IMG/VR virus record: IMGVR_UViG_3300027770_001980
Span: 62,001-126,000 of that record
Strand: one strand, 5' to 3'
Length of the DNA: 64,000 nucleotides
The position numbers and the translations under genes are program-made. The notes under the pieces were generated by a model, which worked only from the letters and a program-made list of their open reading frames with translations, made no database searches and was not told the origin of the DNA. Positions 62,072-64,000 of this stretch are shown in pieces. The stretch's first letter is position 1. Each line of letters starts with the position of its first letter.

Positions 62072-64000
62072 TTAATCAATCGCAGGTTTACGTTTTCCAG
62101 GATTGTCTCCTCCTGTTTTAATAGGGTTACCATCTCGATCGGTAATGATACCACCGTTCCTATCTTTCCATACATTATCCGGCACAGGCTTGGCCGGGGT
62201 AGGGCCGTTGAGTTGCCCTAAGAAGCATTCGTAATATCCACGTTTCTTACGATGTATATCTTCGGTACAAAATCCCACTGCTTTATATCCTTCTTCAAAA
62301 TAATCCGATCCCGGATTAGTATTAAGTTTCTGTAAACGTGGATGAGATGTAAAATATAATACCGCAATTATTCCTGCATATTTAGGATCATTAACTGAAG
62401 TTGGATTATCAAGCAATTCTGTATCAACTGTTGAGTGTCCTCCCATATATAATAATTTACTAAATTTAGCGTAGTTACCCCTACCGGTCAATTGAATATA
62501 TCCACGCCCTATATATTTTCCACCATCTCCTGGTTGTGTATTTCCTAATCCTGCACCTTTCTTGGTATTATATCCATACAAAATTTCAGGTAGGCTATTA
62601 TTAGGATTTCCTGCATACTGTTGTGCCAATGCCTGATCACCTTTGAATACACTTGGGAATACAGCTAACAATCTATCTGCCTTATAACTAAATCCTTCAG
62701 TTACTGTTTTCCATCCGCTCTCTCCGCCGGCGATGGCTAATATAGTCGCCACCATATAAGGACTGGTTATGTTTAATTTTTTACAGGCTGCTTTGATATC
62801 GGCAATACCATCTTGTGAGGATTTAGCATTGATATCTTTACCATAAACAATATCACAGGTATTAGGAAGCACATCGGGCTTATTAGCAGGCTCCCCTGTC
62901 TGAGAAGCGGCAGAGGCTTCCGAAGGTGATACCCCAGCAGCAACACGGGGACTTGCAGGTACTTCCGGTGTAGCTGATTGTGCAGGTTGTGCAGGCACAG
63001 GTGGTGGACCCGGTTGTGCAGGTATTACCGGCCGAGCTGGTTTAGCTGGAATTGCTGGTGTATCTGCCGCAGTGACATCTGTAGCTGCTGGTGTAAATTG
63101 ATTAGGATTTATATTTTCATGCTGTGGCCAAGGTTCATGAGTTGGTACACGTTGCATAATGGATTTAATATCATCTGCTTTATAGAATACACCATTAGAC
63201 CATCCTTTACTAACCTGTCTGTTTGGTAGATTGAATATAGTTAACGGTGGTGGAATTTCAGCATTGTCAGCTACAGCTGGTGTACCTGCGATAGGTCCAT
63301 TTAGATGTATATTCGCACCTGTCGCTACAATATTTCCTGTTGCAGACAAATTGAGTTGAGAATTGGTACCAAGATTAACATTTTTTACTGCTGCAATATT
63401 TGTCGAGCCTTCTGAAGATAGTTTAGTATCTCTGTTGACATTTAAATTGTAATCGTTAGAAACTGATATCTTTACAGTATCACCTATTGTTTCATCGTGA
63501 GAACCCTTAACAACAATTTTTTGCTCTTTATCTACCAGCAAGAAATTATAGCCGTTTATGTTGGTTTCCATATTTTCGCCTGCCTTGACATGTATATGTC
63601 GACCTGCTTCAAAATTAATATCTCTATCAGCACGGAAATTAAAATCATTTTCAGAATGTATGCTGATACTATCTTTAGCATAGATATCAATTTTACCATT
63701 AGATGTTAGTTCTATCCATGCGGTGCCTTTACTATTTGCAATATATATTAAATCCTGACTATTGTGCATTAATATCTGATGACCTGTTCTGGTACGTATC
63801 CTAACCAATTCGTTCTGTCCATTAACATCTCCGTCATCCATGACAAATGTAGTTCCTCCCAATCTACTCACAGGGGCACTGGTTTTTCCTGGACTATCTT
63901 GATTACCTTCATTTGAGCTATATCCTATTTGACCACGTTTTGCACCAGAGCTGGTATCTAATGGGCCTGGTGTAGATATTCCAAATACCCCACTTGGAAC
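62072..64000 (-). CDS. Baseplate hub/puncturing protein, T4 gp5-like, with C-terminal GH19 (chitinase-like) muramidase; 5' truncated
   Basis: Frame is open to 64000 (VPSGVFGISTPGP...); MDDGD...RIRTRTGHQILMH; beta-helix repeats; Pro/Ala linker; GES...E and YIGRGYIQLTGRGNY GH19 motifs. Confidence 0.85.
   Translation of the reverse strand, partial: VPSGVFGISTPGPLDTSSGAKRGQIGYSSNEGNQDSPGKTSAPVSRLGGTTFVMDDGDVNGQNELVRIRTRTGHQILMHNSQDLIYIANSKGTAWIELTSNGKIDIYAKDSISIHSENDFNFRADRDINFEAGRHIHVKAGENMETNINGYNFLLVDKEQKIVVKGSHDETIGDTVKISVSNDYNLNVNRDTKLSSEGSTNIAAVKNVNLGTNSQLNLSATGNIVATGANIHLNGPIAGTPAVADNAEIPPPLTIFNLPNRQVSKGWSNGVFYKADDIKSIMQRVPTHEPWPQHENINPNQFTPAATDVTAADTPAIPAKPARPVIPAQPGPPPVPAQPAQSATPEVPASPRVAAGVSPSEASAASQTGEPANKPDVLPNTCDIVYGKDINAKSSQDGIADIKAACKKLNITSPYMVATILAIAGGESGWKTVTEGFSYKADRLLAVFPSVFKGDQALAQQYAGNPNNSLPEILYGYNTKKGAGLGNTQPGDGGKYIGRGYIQLTGRGNYAKFSKLLYMGGHSTVDTELLDNPTSVNDPKYAGIIAVLYFTSHPRLQKLNTNPGSDYFEEGYKAVGFCTEDIHRKKRGYYECFLGQLNGPTPAKPVPDNVWKDRNGGIITDRDGNPIKTGGDNPGKRKPAID

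Noticed and set aside
1-64000. Bacterial chromosome or prophage origin suggested by dnaJ, def, clpA, dps, sod, galE, thyA
   Set aside because: These genes are interspersed with T4-like polymerase, Rnh and baseplate genes; no integrase, rRNA, tRNA or host operon structure is visible.
1-64000. Alternative genetic code (stop-codon reassignment, as in some large phages)
   Set aside because: Standard code yields dense, full-length ORFs including a 4969-aa gene; TAA, TAG and TGA all end genes.

Overview
The whole window reads as part of a large, AT-rich, T4-related (jumbo-type) myophage genome; no host housekeeping operon, rRNA, tRNA or CRISPR array was seen. The + strand block (1-39334) holds, in order: the C-terminus of an autotransporter-like beta-barrel, a 3TM-holin-like gene and small envelope proteins, and a dnaJ-def-clpA proteostasis operon behind a consensus sigma70 promoter. 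Next come late/virion-type genes, including a cluster (7882-17999) whose proteins share a T4 capsid-targeting-like N-terminus (M-K/R/N-x-x-E-F/L) and are built of modules separated by Glu sites such as GVAE; this cluster also contains Dps and an Fe/Mn-SOD. Then follow family B DNA polymerase, a probable sliding clamp, a 7-deazaguanine cluster (DpdA/TGT-like, QueD-like, QueE) interleaved with a glycosyltransferase, GalE and a radical SAM gene, RNase H, a MoxR-like ATPase plus VWA-metallopeptidase pair, thyA and an HNH endonuclease. The - strand block (39331-64000) is the tail/baseplate module: three paralogous fibre-like proteins, a 4969-aa wedge-like protein with two LamG domains, gp6-like, gp25-like and a truncated gp5-like hub protein with a GH19 muramidase domain. 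Leading candidates for undescribed biology are (i) a capsid-packaged, protease-processed 'cassette polyprotein' cargo system and (ii) a possibly glycosylated 7-deazaguanine DNA modification. All family assignments are from motif recognition by eye; no searches were run.
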